64,000 nucleotides of DNA. Source: a bacterium (lineage in GTDB: Bacteria; Electryoneota; Electryoneia; Electryoneales; Electryoneaceae). The notes beneath the pieces are model-generated. The model was not told where the DNA came from and did not search any database. It saw only the letters and a list, made by a program, of their open reading frames with translations. Positions 39,601 through 47,771 of this stretch are shown piece by piece. The stretch is taken from positions 640,001 through 704,000 of the forward strand of contig OY769902.1 of assembly GCA_963669175.1 (NCBI GenBank), in the 5' to 3' direction. The position numbers and the translations under genes were made by a program. Each line of letters begins with the position of its first letter. The first letter of the stretch is position 1.

Positions 39601-41682
39601 CTCTCTCTCGCACGCAACTGGAGTATTCCTTCCCCTTTGGGTCCGAACAACATGATTGCGCCCTATTGGGATGAGTTTCATACCACTGGCGATGCGGTAG
39701 TCTGCACCTATCACCATGAGCAGAATGGATTGTTTATCGTGGAATTCTACCATATGCAACATTACAACAACTCGACGTGCACCTTTGAAATTCTTTTCCA
39801 GGATGTAGAGATGTACCCAACGCCATCCATGGACAATAACATCATTTTCCAATATGGTGAATGTACTCACACGGCAAACAGTGGAATTCAGTATGACAAC
39901 CCTTACTGGACCACAGGTATTGAAAACGGCGACCAGACAGATGGACTGCAGTTGGCTTTCTGGAACACTCTCAGCCCGGGCATGACAAGTATTGAAGAAG
40001 GGCGGGCTATCCTGTTTACCACCCAGGTATTCTACATGATGAGCCGGGTGTACGGACGGGTTTATGAAGCCCATACCGGAGAACCTGTTGCCGGGGCCGT
40101 AATCAGTTGCTACGACGGCTTTATCTCGACAACATCAGATATAGAAGGTGAATACATCCTGGACCAGGTTGTGCCTGGTGAAGTTACTTTCAGCGTGGAA
40201 ACAGACTGCTACACCGATCTTGAGAGCATGATTGTTTATGTCCCGGTGATGGATACGGTCCGGTTGGATTTTGAAATGCTTGCGCCCGATTTTCAAATAA
40301 GCAACACCATGATCCGTGATACCCTGGATGTCAGAGAGGATGCAACCCATGATATTGTGTTGGCCAACGAAGGCGAAGGTGAATTGGTATTCAATATTGC
40401 CCTGGACTGGCCGGGTAACGACGCAAAACTATCGTCTGGCGGGACAAGAAATACCTCTGAGTCCGGCGAATTGGATGAATTGTGGGAAGAACTGTACTCT
40501 TTCGAACTTTTAACATCTGAAAACAGGTATCGTGGATTGACCTTTGATGGATGGCATTTCTGGATAGCGGGATCAAACAATTACGATATTAATGGTCCAA
40601 ACCTACTGTACTGTTATTCGGCCAACGGCAACCATATCGGCACGTTTGAACAGCCGGTGCCTGAAGGGGAACGTACGGCTGAGGGATTTTATGAACTGGC
40701 CTGGGATGGTCGTTATCTCTATGGAGCGGATGCTGGTGTATTGTACCAGATGCTTCCCGAGGGAAACACGGTCAGAAGAGTGAATTCATTTGAAATTGAA
40801 GTGAACCCATCCCATGTGATGGTTGTTGATCCCAGGCAGGAGTGGTACTGGATCGGGGGCGGGAATAATCCCCTGATCGCAGTGAATCGTGAGGGCACTA
40901 TTGTCAGTGAAATAGAGCTGGAAGTTTATGTTCGGGGAGCTGCATGGCGTTCACATGACCCCGATGGATATTACATGTATCTCCTGGTACAACCTTTTAG
41001 CGAAAGCGAAGCCACCATTATAAAGATGAACCCTGATAACGGCGATACCATTCCTCTTGCCACTCTTACCGACCTGGGGCAGGGCGACTGGGATGTAAAG
41101 GGCGCCCTGTTTACTACTTTCTGGAACAATAGCAACGCAGCATTGGGAACCGTTGTCAGTAGCGAATCAGGAAATTATGTCGTTCTGTTTGATGCCGGCA
41201 TTTTCACCGATTGGGTTGTTGTAAGCAGTTCGAATGGGCGATTAAGTCCGGGCGAAACGACTACTATCGGTTTCCAGTTGATTAACGAAGAGCTGTTACC
41301 GGGTTCCTATAGTGTTCTCGCACAATTCGAACACAATGCGTGTACTGAAAATCCGGACGCAGTCTCTATCACCCTGGTCGTTCCCGGGGTAGATGCCGAA
41401 GAACCACCCGCCATGCCGCTTGATTGGGCATTTGACGGCGCCTGGCCAAACCCCTTCAACTCCAGCGTTCAGGTGGGATTTTCCCTGAAACAGGCTGTTC
41501 CTGTCCGGATTGCGATCTACAATATCCTGGGGCAGAAGGTTGCTGATCTGGCAAACGAGAGAATGGCGGCTGGCAAACACCTGATTCCTTTCCATGGCGA
41601 ACAGCTCGCGAGTGGTGTGTACTTCCTGCAACTGGATGCCGGCCCTTTACAGGAAACCAGAAAGCTGATACTGCTGCGTTAG
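36649..41682 (+). CDS. Peptidase C25 family multidomain protein, copy 6, T9SS-type CTD
   Basis: Signal peptide; SHRGY, DLTCMTGNW, NLMGDP, WPNPFNS...RKLILLR. Confidence 0.88.
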   Translation: MNRNSLIVCTLLLVLPCICLGSIPEVLSQQAPTIIHVEQCRQHPDGFDLLLSFESPSFESVENHPGLVVPTFSGAGLHLESGQPVTPQAGRLFRLPPTGSASVEIISAEYTTISDVQIAHCRNELDEEDITFGPGANLQDAWYPGPVAEVGSPALFHDFRVANLLTHPVQVNPARNEMRVYNRMEIAIRFDGQDNRNSLPQQPSKISATFLPLYRDFLDWDDSELDEYLYYQGNVVVVAQNDDNLMETLQPWIEWKRQKGWKLEFLTDDDVAGWTYTNIINELQSRYNLADEKFDFVVVVGDDQGAFPVPASTGAIYGAGDLHYGRLAGDDYLVDAAVGRITVEDISQVAAATSKIIGYESDPFMDDTDWFQHAALYKSDDTHSGTSKVLTLRYWLHLLRQVGYTQVDTSWEQDNIFMTGLLEDGVSVFSHRGYLGYGLQANHISVLENDYKLPMVVDLTCMTGNWSQGTGTNEVWFRAGTVDVPTGAIGAIGMATTSNRPDMNNPISGGAAQALLGYRIPEIGMTWLGAQVNLWQNYDDVQTATSRQNQAWCNLMGDPTTWAWTAVPQELTISCDQTMYVGDNTVTVSVSDENGEPVSGAWVTYYKVDDYEEIVETKLSQSDGTVVLYTPNRFTGTGVVTASKQHYVPVQQQIAISTPTGRIGYADMAIVDNGQGETVGNGDGVAQAGETIGIRLALKNFGQIAQSSIVVSGASDDPMIQAVSGAISRESLIPGQQAWDNDIIIVQLAPNIQDEWLVHLDLLFSTDQGDYEDECEILVRAPKFEIHSVTTQNMRPGQAGSVIAYIQNIGGADAGNAHATLISSSNFVITNGASVPVGDIGIDGWACATFDVSLSPVAAHGIEVDASIVIVDENTHTSTALFTLPIGERESWDPVGPDGYGYLAIENCDSVHENLAVEFNWLEINPFADDPVYAGTILDLEDLAENDDDAVSLPLPFPVSYYGEVFDTITVTANGYVALGNQADLSLARNWSIPSPLGPNNMIAPYWDEFHTTGDAVVCTYHHEQNGLFIVEFYHMQHYNNSTCTFEILFQDVEMYPTPSMDNNIIFQYGECTHTANSGIQYDNPYWTTGIENGDQTDGLQLAFWNTLSPGMTSIEEGRAILFTTQVFYMMSRVYGRVYEAHTGEPVAGAVISCYDGFISTTSDIEGEYILDQVVPGEVTFSVETDCYTDLESMIVYVPVMDTVRLDFEMLAPDFQISNTMIRDTLDVREDATHDIVLANEGEGELVFNIALDWPGNDAKLSSGGTRNTSESGELDELWEELYSFELLTSENRYRGLTFDGWHFWIAGSNNYDINGPNLLYCYSANGNHIGTFEQPVPEGERTAEGFYELAWDGRYLYGADAGVLYQMLPEGNTVRRVNSFEIEVNPSHVMVVDPRQEWYWIGGGNNPLIAVNREGTIVSEIELEVYVRGAAWRSHDPDGYYMYLLVQPFSESEATIIKMNPDNGDTIPLATLTDLGQGDWDVKGALFTTFWNNSNAALGTVVSSESGNYVVLFDAGIFTDWVVVSSSNGRLSPGETTTIGFQLINEELLPGSYSVLAQFEHNACTENPDAVSITLVVPGVDAEEPPAMPLDWAFDGAWPNPFNSSVQVGFSLKQAVPVRIAIYNILGQKVADLANERMAAGKHLIPFHGEQLASGVYFLQLDAGPLQETRKLILLR

Positions 41683-41765
41683 TAGACCGATTCACATGGA
41701 TCAGTCCACCAGCCTGTAACCGGAATTCACCCGCAGGCTTGCAACCGACTCGCTACATCTCTACC

Positions 41766-41795
41766 TTGCTCTCACATGTTCTGCCCCTGTATAGT
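41766..41795 (+). promoter_or_regulatory. Putative sigma70 promoter of the pyrF operon
   Basis: TTGCTC-18 nt-TATAGT about 60 nt upstream of pyrF. Confidence 0.35.
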
Positions 41796-41857
41796 CTTGG
41801 CTGTTTTGCAGGCATGACCGATAAGGTTTCGTCATTCATTTCAAAACGGGAATTTCC

Positions 41858-42679
41858 ATGGCTGGCTTCAGAGAACGCCTGTTGGCTGCGACTCAGAATA
41901 GTGGGGTTTGTGTTGGGCTTGATCCTGTTCCGGAAAAACTGCCGGAAGCGCTTAGGGACAAAGAAGAAGGCATCGCCCTGTTCTGCGAGGAGATCGTTCG
42001 GGCAACAGCGCCGTTTGTAGCCGCCTATAAACCCAATCTTGCCTTTTTTGAAGCGTTGGGGCTGGAAGGTTTTCATGCGCTCAGACGTGCGATTGACGCT
42101 GTCAGGCAGCATGCCCCCAATGCGCTGATCATTGGCGATGGCAAGCGTAATGATATCGGCAGCACCGCCGCACGATATGCAACCGCCATGTTTGATCATT
42201 GGGGATTCGATGCGGTTACGGTGAATCCCTACCTGGGGTGGGATGGGATAAAGCCATTCGCGGAATACACGGATCGTGGCGTATACCTGCTGGCAATGAC
42301 CTCGAACCCTTCGGCCGTGGAGGTGCAGGATTTCAAGAACCATCGGGATCATGTCTTTCAACATGTCACCAAGCTGGCCGCACGCACCTGGAACAAATTT
42401 GACAATATCGGACTGGTAGTTGGCGCGACTCGACCGGAGCGTATCGCCCAGGTTCGTGCCCCTGCGCCGTTATTGCCATTCCTGATCCCCGGCGTTGGCG
42501 CCCAGGGCGGTGATCTTGCCGCTGCGGTAAAACTTGGGTTTGTAGAAGGGAAAGCGCCCGCTCTGATCAACGCATCTCGTTCTATCATCTATGCTTCTTC
42601 AGGTGCTGATTTCACAGAGAAAGCGGCCGAAGAAGCCAAACGGATGCAGGAAGCGATTCAACAGCTACGGAAGAAGTGA
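41858..42679 (+). CDS. pyrF: Orotidine-5'-phosphate decarboxylase (subfamily 2)
   Basis: CVGLDP, YKPNLAFF, DGKRNDIGST, GLVVGAT, LIPGVGAQGG, NASRSII. Confidence 0.96.
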   Translation: MAGFRERLLAATQNSGVCVGLDPVPEKLPEALRDKEEGIALFCEEIVRATAPFVAAYKPNLAFFEALGLEGFHALRRAIDAVRQHAPNALIIGDGKRNDIGSTAARYATAMFDHWGFDAVTVNPYLGWDGIKPFAEYTDRGVYLLAMTSNPSAVEVQDFKNHRDHVFQHVTKLAARTWNKFDNIGLVVGATRPERIAQVRAPAPLLPFLIPGVGAQGGDLAAAVKLGFVEGKAPALINASRSIIYASSGADFTEKAAEEAKRMQEAIQQLRKK

Positions 42680-42715
42680 TCGGGGGTTTTCGAGTGACTT
42701 TTACCGGGAGAACAG

Positions 42716-43363
42716 ATGCCGTTTGATGATCCCCAGAAAATGTACTTGCGCGAACGCCTGACCTGCCGTGTCGAGGTACAGGGACGTGTTTTCTCGTTTT
42801 CAGTGCGGATTCAGGGATTGGATGCGACCGGTATCTTGGTGGATGTCCCCGAATTAATAGACACTCGTTTGCAGCCGGGAACTCCTGTCCTGGTACGTTA
42901 TTACCGTAGCGATTCCGCGTACCAGTTTATTACCGGAATCAAGGGGTTTGAACAGCCGGCCAGTATGAAGTTGATGCGGATTGGCTTTCCGGGCAGTATC
43001 ACCCGCTATCAGCGACGCCAACACGAGCGTCTCGAAATCGGGGGAACGGTTCAGCTATTTACGCCTCATGGCCCAACACGTTCAATCAGGGGTTATATTA
43101 AGGATATTTCAGATGGGGGTATGCGGATCACGGTGCCACGGGTTGAATACCTGGTGGATATTGAAAACCCGGTAGGAATCAAATTTGAAATCGCTTTCAC
43201 ACTGGACACCGGGGACAAGTTTGAAAAGATCGTCGCTTCCATACGAAAAATTGCAGACGAGACATACAGTTCTTCACAATTACAGGTGCAGTTGAAGTTT
43301 GAGAAATTTCACGGTAACAACGAGAGTGATTTTCGCAAACTGTTGAAACAGTTTGGTATGTAA
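42716..43363 (+). CDS. PilZ-domain c-di-GMP receptor (YcgR/flagellar brake-like)
   Basis: QRRQHER (RxxxR) and DISDGG (DxSxGG) after a YcgR-like N-terminal domain. Confidence 0.85.
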   Translation: MPFDDPQKMYLRERLTCRVEVQGRVFSFSVRIQGLDATGILVDVPELIDTRLQPGTPVLVRYYRSDSAYQFITGIKGFEQPASMKLMRIGFPGSITRYQRRQHERLEIGGTVQLFTPHGPTRSIRGYIKDISDGGMRITVPRVEYLVDIENPVGIKFEIAFTLDTGDKFEKIVASIRKIADETYSSSQLQVQLKFEKFHGNNESDFRKLLKQFGM

Positions 43364-43419
43364 TAATCAGGGTTGATCGAGGGACAACCTGTTTCCGAGC
43401 CGGGAAGGAGGGTGGTGCC

Positions 43420-43899
43420 ATGCGAGTCTTTCACATGGGTAAAAACCGGTTTCGGGTGTTATCACTGTTCCTGCTGATTATTCTGGCAGCAGGCTGGGGG
43501 TGTGGTGATACCGACGAGGAGTCTGACGAGTCCACATCTGACCTGGTAGGGTTCTGGACACTCAGCGAGTTCTACCAGGATGGAAACCAGGTCAGCCTGG
43601 TTGGAGTAACAAAGACTCTTCAGTTTTGTGAAGATTGGACCGGCAACGCGTTTCAGGAAGTGGCGGAAAACGCCGAAATCCAGTATTCAGAAGATAACTA
43701 TGTTCTGGATTTTATCTGGTCCATAGAAGGCGACACGCTGGTCGTCGAAGATGCGGATGATGTGCTGTTAAGCGCCCGGGCAAGGTTTCAGGTGAACCCC
43801 GACGCCTACGACCCCACTCTTCGCATCAGAAGGGTTGTGATGGATCGCGGGATGACTCACGCGATCGAAGAGTACTATGCGTCAACCGCGCCCGAATAG
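43420..43899 (+). CDS. Lipoprotein, lipocalin-like domain
   Basis: Hydrophobic leader ending WGC, acidic linker, LVGFW (GxW) motif; RBS GGAGG. Confidence 0.65.
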   Translation: MRVFHMGKNRFRVLSLFLLIILAAGWGCGDTDEESDESTSDLVGFWTLSEFYQDGNQVSLVGVTKTLQFCEDWTGNAFQEVAENAEIQYSEDNYVLDFIWSIEGDTLVVEDADDVLLSARARFQVNPDAYDPTLRIRRVVMDRGMTHAIEEYYASTAPE

Positions 43900-43919
43900 G
43901 CGCAGGAAAGGAAATTCTC

Positions 43920-44381
43920 TTGACCATTCGTAAGACTTTTGGTGTGGCAGTTCTTCTGCTTGGCCTGATGGTTCTGGTGTTCGTCCCGGGGTGCAGTGAT
44001 GATGATGATGACGATTCCAAGAAGTCAAATTCACCGATAGTTGGTAGCTGGACGATTGACACACAGGTTATCGTGGGACAGGGTGTAAATGGGAACATCC
44101 AGACAAAAACCGCACGTTTTGCTGATGATCACACCGGCTATCTCAAGCAGGTGATTGTTGAGTATATCCAGGGCGGCACATCAACCACCACCAACGAATC
44201 CACCATGAACTGGAGTGTCACCTCTGATTCGTTGACGGTCAGCCTGTTTAGTGACGTCCCCATTTTACCGTCAAAGATGGCATACACGGTTGCCAACGAT
44301 ACGCTGACACTGGATTATCATACGTCCACCGACAGCGGTAACATCCAGATCATCGAAACGTATTATCCGGCATCGAACTGA
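43920..44381 (+). CDS. Lipoprotein, lipocalin-like domain (paralog of upstream gene)
   Basis: TTG start after AAGGA; VPGC lipobox, SDDDDDD linker, IVGSW motif. Confidence 0.7.
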   Translation: MTIRKTFGVAVLLLGLMVLVFVPGCSDDDDDDSKKSNSPIVGSWTIDTQVIVGQGVNGNIQTKTARFADDHTGYLKQVIVEYIQGGTSTTTNESTMNWSVTSDSLTVSLFSDVPILPSKMAYTVANDTLTLDYHTSTDSGNIQIIETYYPASN

Positions 44382-44430
44382 TTGAGAGTAAACCTCACGA
44401 ACCACCGGATTTGGTAAAGGAACCTGCACT

Positions 44431-45021
44431 GTGATGAGTGAAGCCGAAACCATCGCTTTCCTGAAAGAGCATGGCGCTTTGATGGACGGGCATTTTCTGC
44501 TGGCCAGTGGCCTGCATTCTGGCCAGTATGTGGAGAAATTCCGTCTACTGGAAAAACCAGCCGCAACAGAGTCCCTCATAAAAGACCTGGCGGAACGGGT
44601 CCGGAAATATAAACCGGATGTGGTTGTCGGTCCGGTAACCGGCGGCGTTATCCTGTCCTACGAGATGGCGCGTCAGCTCGGCACGTTAGCCTATTTCACG
44701 GAAAAAACCGTGGACAAGGGCATGGAGTTGCGTCGTGGCTTTGATGTCAGAGGCAAACGCGTCCTGTTGATCGAAGATGTCATTACGACCGGCGGCAGCA
44801 TCCTGAAGGCTGCCGAAGCGGTAAAGGCACAGGGCGGCGAAGTTGTAGCCTATGCGATCCTGGTGGACCGCAGCTCCGGCAGATTCCAGCCGGAAGAACC
44901 GGTTGAAGCCGTGTTGAAGCTGGAAATCGCAACCTACCAGCCCGGTGCGGAAACCTGTCCGTTGTGTGCAAAAGGTGTCGACCTGTATAAGCCGGGATCG
45001 GGGTATGCCACTGCGAAGTAA
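44431..45021 (+). CDS. pyrE: Orotate phosphoribosyltransferase
   Basis: GHFLLASGLHS and the PRPP-binding motif VLLIEDVITTGGS; C-terminal CPLC...KPGS. Confidence 0.95.
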   Translation: MMSEAETIAFLKEHGALMDGHFLLASGLHSGQYVEKFRLLEKPAATESLIKDLAERVRKYKPDVVVGPVTGGVILSYEMARQLGTLAYFTEKTVDKGMELRRGFDVRGKRVLLIEDVITTGGSILKAAEAVKAQGGEVVAYAILVDRSSGRFQPEEPVEAVLKLEIATYQPGAETCPLCAKGVDLYKPGSGYATAK

Positions 45022-45799
45022 CGGCAAAATTTCGTTGTGTCCCCTCGCTTCGGGTAGCAAAGGCAACGCCTGGTGGCTGGAAGCATGCGGCACCACAGCG
45101 CTGATTGACGCGGGGGTGTCGTTTAAACAGCTTGGGTTGCGTGCGCAGGAAATCGGACGCGATATCCGTGATGTTGACCACGTGTTCATCACCCACGAAC
45201 ACACGGATCATGTCAAGGGTTTGTCCGTCCTGCTGAAGCGTGCCAAGCCGGTTGTCTGGGCCAGTCGTGGAACCCTCCGCGCCTTGAGGCATATGATTCC
45301 TGAAGGGGCCAGGGTTCGTATGATCAACGGCCGTGAAGAGGTTGCCGGTGGACTTCGAGTGCGGGCACTTCCGGTCAGCCATGATGCTGCGCAACCGTTA
45401 GCCTATCGTTTTGACACGGAAGAAGGCGCGGCAGCGGTGGTAACGGACCTGGGGCAGTGGGATTCTGTGACAGCCAGCGCGGTTACCGGGGTGGATATCC
45501 TGTCCTGCGAAGCCAATCATGATCCCCTGATGCTGCAGAATGGGCCGTACCCCTGGGTATTGAAACAGCGGATCGCTTCCCCACGAGGGCACCTGAGCAA
45601 TAAGGAAGGCGCCAACCTGGCGATGAACGCAGTGCGTGAAGGCGCACGCTGTGTTATTCTGAGCCACCTGAGCGAACAGAACAATTCGCCCGAGGTCGCG
45701 TTCGAGGTTTTCCGTGAGCTGGTAGTACGGGAACAGTATACCACAGAGATCGAGATTGCCACGCAGCATACTCCCGGTCCCTGGGTTGAAGGTGTGTAA
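45005..45799 (+). CDS. MBL-fold metallo-hydrolase (YycJ/WalJ-like)
   Basis: LASGSKGN, THEHTDH, VSHDA, TDLG, EANHD, GHLSN, HLSEQNN. ATG 45005 overlaps the end of pyrE. Confidence 0.92.
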   Translation: MPLRSNGKISLCPLASGSKGNAWWLEACGTTALIDAGVSFKQLGLRAQEIGRDIRDVDHVFITHEHTDHVKGLSVLLKRAKPVVWASRGTLRALRHMIPEGARVRMINGREEVAGGLRVRALPVSHDAAQPLAYRFDTEEGAAAVVTDLGQWDSVTASAVTGVDILSCEANHDPLMLQNGPYPWVLKQRIASPRGHLSNKEGANLAMNAVREGARCVILSHLSEQNNSPEVAFEVFRELVVREQYTTEIEIATQHTPGPWVEGV

Positions 45800-45842
45800 A
45801 AAAAGAGATCGTTCATTATACATGCAACAGAGGTGTTGAGAC

Positions 45843-46490
45843 ATGAAGTTGACACGTGCTCGCTGGATCGTGCTGTCCCTTACGGCAGCAGTGAGCCTGA
45901 TGGCGGCGGTATCGGGTTTTGCACAGGAACGCATGGCTCCCGCCCCAAGCCAGGAGGAATTGATGGCCATTGAACAAACCAAGGTTGATCCCGAAATCGC
46001 CATAATGGAAACATCCAAGGGCACGATCAAGATCGGGTTTTTCCCGGATGTCGCCCCGAATCACGTTGCTCGTTTCAAGGAACTCGCACGGGAAGGCTTT
46101 TACGACGGTATCCTGTTCCACCGTGTAATCCCGAATTTCATGATCCAGGCCGGTGACCCCCAGACCAAGGACCCCAACTGTGATCGTCGCATGATGGGCT
46201 CCGGCGGTTCTGACAAGCCGAACCTGAAAGCGGAATTCAATGACCGTCTGCATTACCCCGGCACCTTGTCCGCAGCGCGCGCCCAGAGCCCGAACTCGGC
46301 CAACAGCCAGTTCTTCCTTTGCCATGCTCGTTCACCATGGCTGGACAACAAGTATACTGTCTATGGCCACGTGATTGAAGGCATGGAAGTGATTGACGCT
46401 ATCGCCACAGCAGATCGTGATAAGGGCGATAACCCTATCGAACCGATTAAGATTATATCAGTTACGATTGTGGAACGGGATAAGCAGTAA
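45843..46490 (+). CDS. Exported cyclophilin-type peptidyl-prolyl isomerase
   Basis: Signal peptide; FYDGILFHRVIPNFMIQAGDP, SANSQFF, LDNKYTVYG. Confidence 0.95.
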   Translation: MKLTRARWIVLSLTAAVSLMAAVSGFAQERMAPAPSQEELMAIEQTKVDPEIAIMETSKGTIKIGFFPDVAPNHVARFKELAREGFYDGILFHRVIPNFMIQAGDPQTKDPNCDRRMMGSGGSDKPNLKAEFNDRLHYPGTLSAARAQSPNSANSQFFLCHARSPWLDNKYTVYGHVIEGMEVIDAIATADRDKGDNPIEPIKIISVTIVERDKQ

Positions 46491-46519
46491 GCTTTTCAGT
46501 TATATCTGTTGATACAGCA

Positions 46520-46554
46520 AGAGCCCGGCGGCAAGCCGGGCTCTCTTATGTTTC
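46520..46554 (+). terminator. Rho-independent terminator
   Basis: AGAGCCCGGC-ggcaa-GCCGGGCTCT followed by CTTATGTTTC. Confidence 0.7.
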
Positions 46555-46579
46555 TGGCTGTTTTGAACGGAAAAGCAGG

Positions 46580-46890
46580 CGAAAAATGGGACTGTTACCT
46601 TTTCATTTGTTCACGTGCAAGACAATAAAACCAGTTTTGATGAAAAGGTAACTGTACCAGATTTTTCGCTTACTGCTACGGGATGGCTCGTGCGGGAAAA
46701 TGTCGGGACAGCCACCTTTTCGCTATATGTTATCCAGTAAGCAATACCCAGAGTCTGAAATTCAACATGGTTCACAATCCACAGCATATTCGCAGCGAAA
46801 AGAGTGGGCAGTCCCCATTTTCCATCGGCAATTCACCACATTTGACCTGAAAGCCCCAAAAAACGGAATAATGTCGGGGTCACCTGTAGT
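46580..46890. repeat. Degenerate cluster of REP-like family A palindromes
   Basis: About five AAAA..GGGAC(T/A)G..CC..TTTT units (e.g. AAAATGGGACTGTTACCTTTT, GGGACAGCCACCTTTT, GGGCAGTCCCCATTTT) between convergent genes. Confidence 0.65.
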
Positions 46891-46892
46891 AA

Positions 46893-47771
46893 TCAGGATA
46901 TCTTATCCAGTACATAATCCGCATATAGATCAGCAGCATCAATACCATGCGCTTCCGACAATCCACGGAACCCGCCAAACGCGGTCACTTCAAAGACAAA
47001 CGGGCCTTTTTCTGTCATCACCACATCCACGCTGGTGAAATCCAGCCCGAAAGCAGCCTGGGCCATGTGAGCGATTTTGATCACATCGTCGTCGGGTGCA
47101 ACGGGTTTGTAGCGTCCAGCATCCTGATCGTCGGTGATATAAGCAGAATCATTATTGCCACGGGTATAGCTTGCTACATATTCTCCACCCATGAACACCA
47201 TATCAAAATTCTGGCCTGGTGCGTCCAGCAATTTCTGGATGTAGAATATGCTATTGCTGTCATCACGGAATTTCCCGGCCTGGGCAAAATGATCGGCATT
47301 TTCTTCGACAATCATCATGCCGCGTGTTTTCGACGAGTACAGTGGCTTCAGAATGGAGGTCTTGAATCGTTTCATGGCCGCAACCGCTTCGTCAATGTCT
47401 TCTGTGATACGTGTCGGCGGCATGGGTATCCCGGCGCCACGCAGGGTCAGGGTGTTGTTCATGCGGTCAACGGCACGAATCATGGCGTCAGGTGTGGAAA
47501 ACACCGGGAGGCCGACCATTTCGTGGAGATAACGCAACAGCTCCATGCGACGCATCAGGCTGGGTGAATACCGTCGGCCAATCTTCTTTACAACAATGGC
47601 ATCGAGACTATTTAATTCGACATCACGGTACCAGGCTTTCCCCGTTTCCACATCGAAAACGACTTTATCCAGCTCGATCATGAGCCGATAGCCTGTCTTA
47701 TTCTCTACAGCAGACAGTAAGCGCTCTGATGACCAACCACCGTTAACCCCAACAACGCCTATTCTTTTCAT
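46893..47771 (-). CDS. RimK-like ATP-grasp enzyme, GAK-system type
   Basis: MKRIGVVGVNGGWSSERL, VKKIG..YSP, LKPLYSSK.RGM, LDFTSVDV, FEVTAFGGF match my recollection of the GAK ATP-grasp family; GGAG RBS before ATG 47771. Confidence 0.82.
   Translation of the reverse strand: MKRIGVVGVNGGWSSERLLSAVENKTGYRLMIELDKVVFDVETGKAWYRDVELNSLDAIVVKKIGRRYSPSLMRRMELLRYLHEMVGLPVFSTPDAMIRAVDRMNNTLTLRGAGIPMPPTRITEDIDEAVAAMKRFKTSILKPLYSSKTRGMMIVEENADHFAQAGKFRDDSNSIFYIQKLLDAPGQNFDMVFMGGEYVASYTRGNNDSAYITDDQDAGRYKPVAPDDDVIKIAHMAQAAFGLDFTSVDVVMTEKGPFVFEVTAFGGFRGLSEAHGIDAADLYADYVLDKIS

Noticed and set aside
43996-44016. GAT trinucleotide run as a phase-variation tract
   Set aside because: In-frame poly-Asp linker typical after a lipobox.
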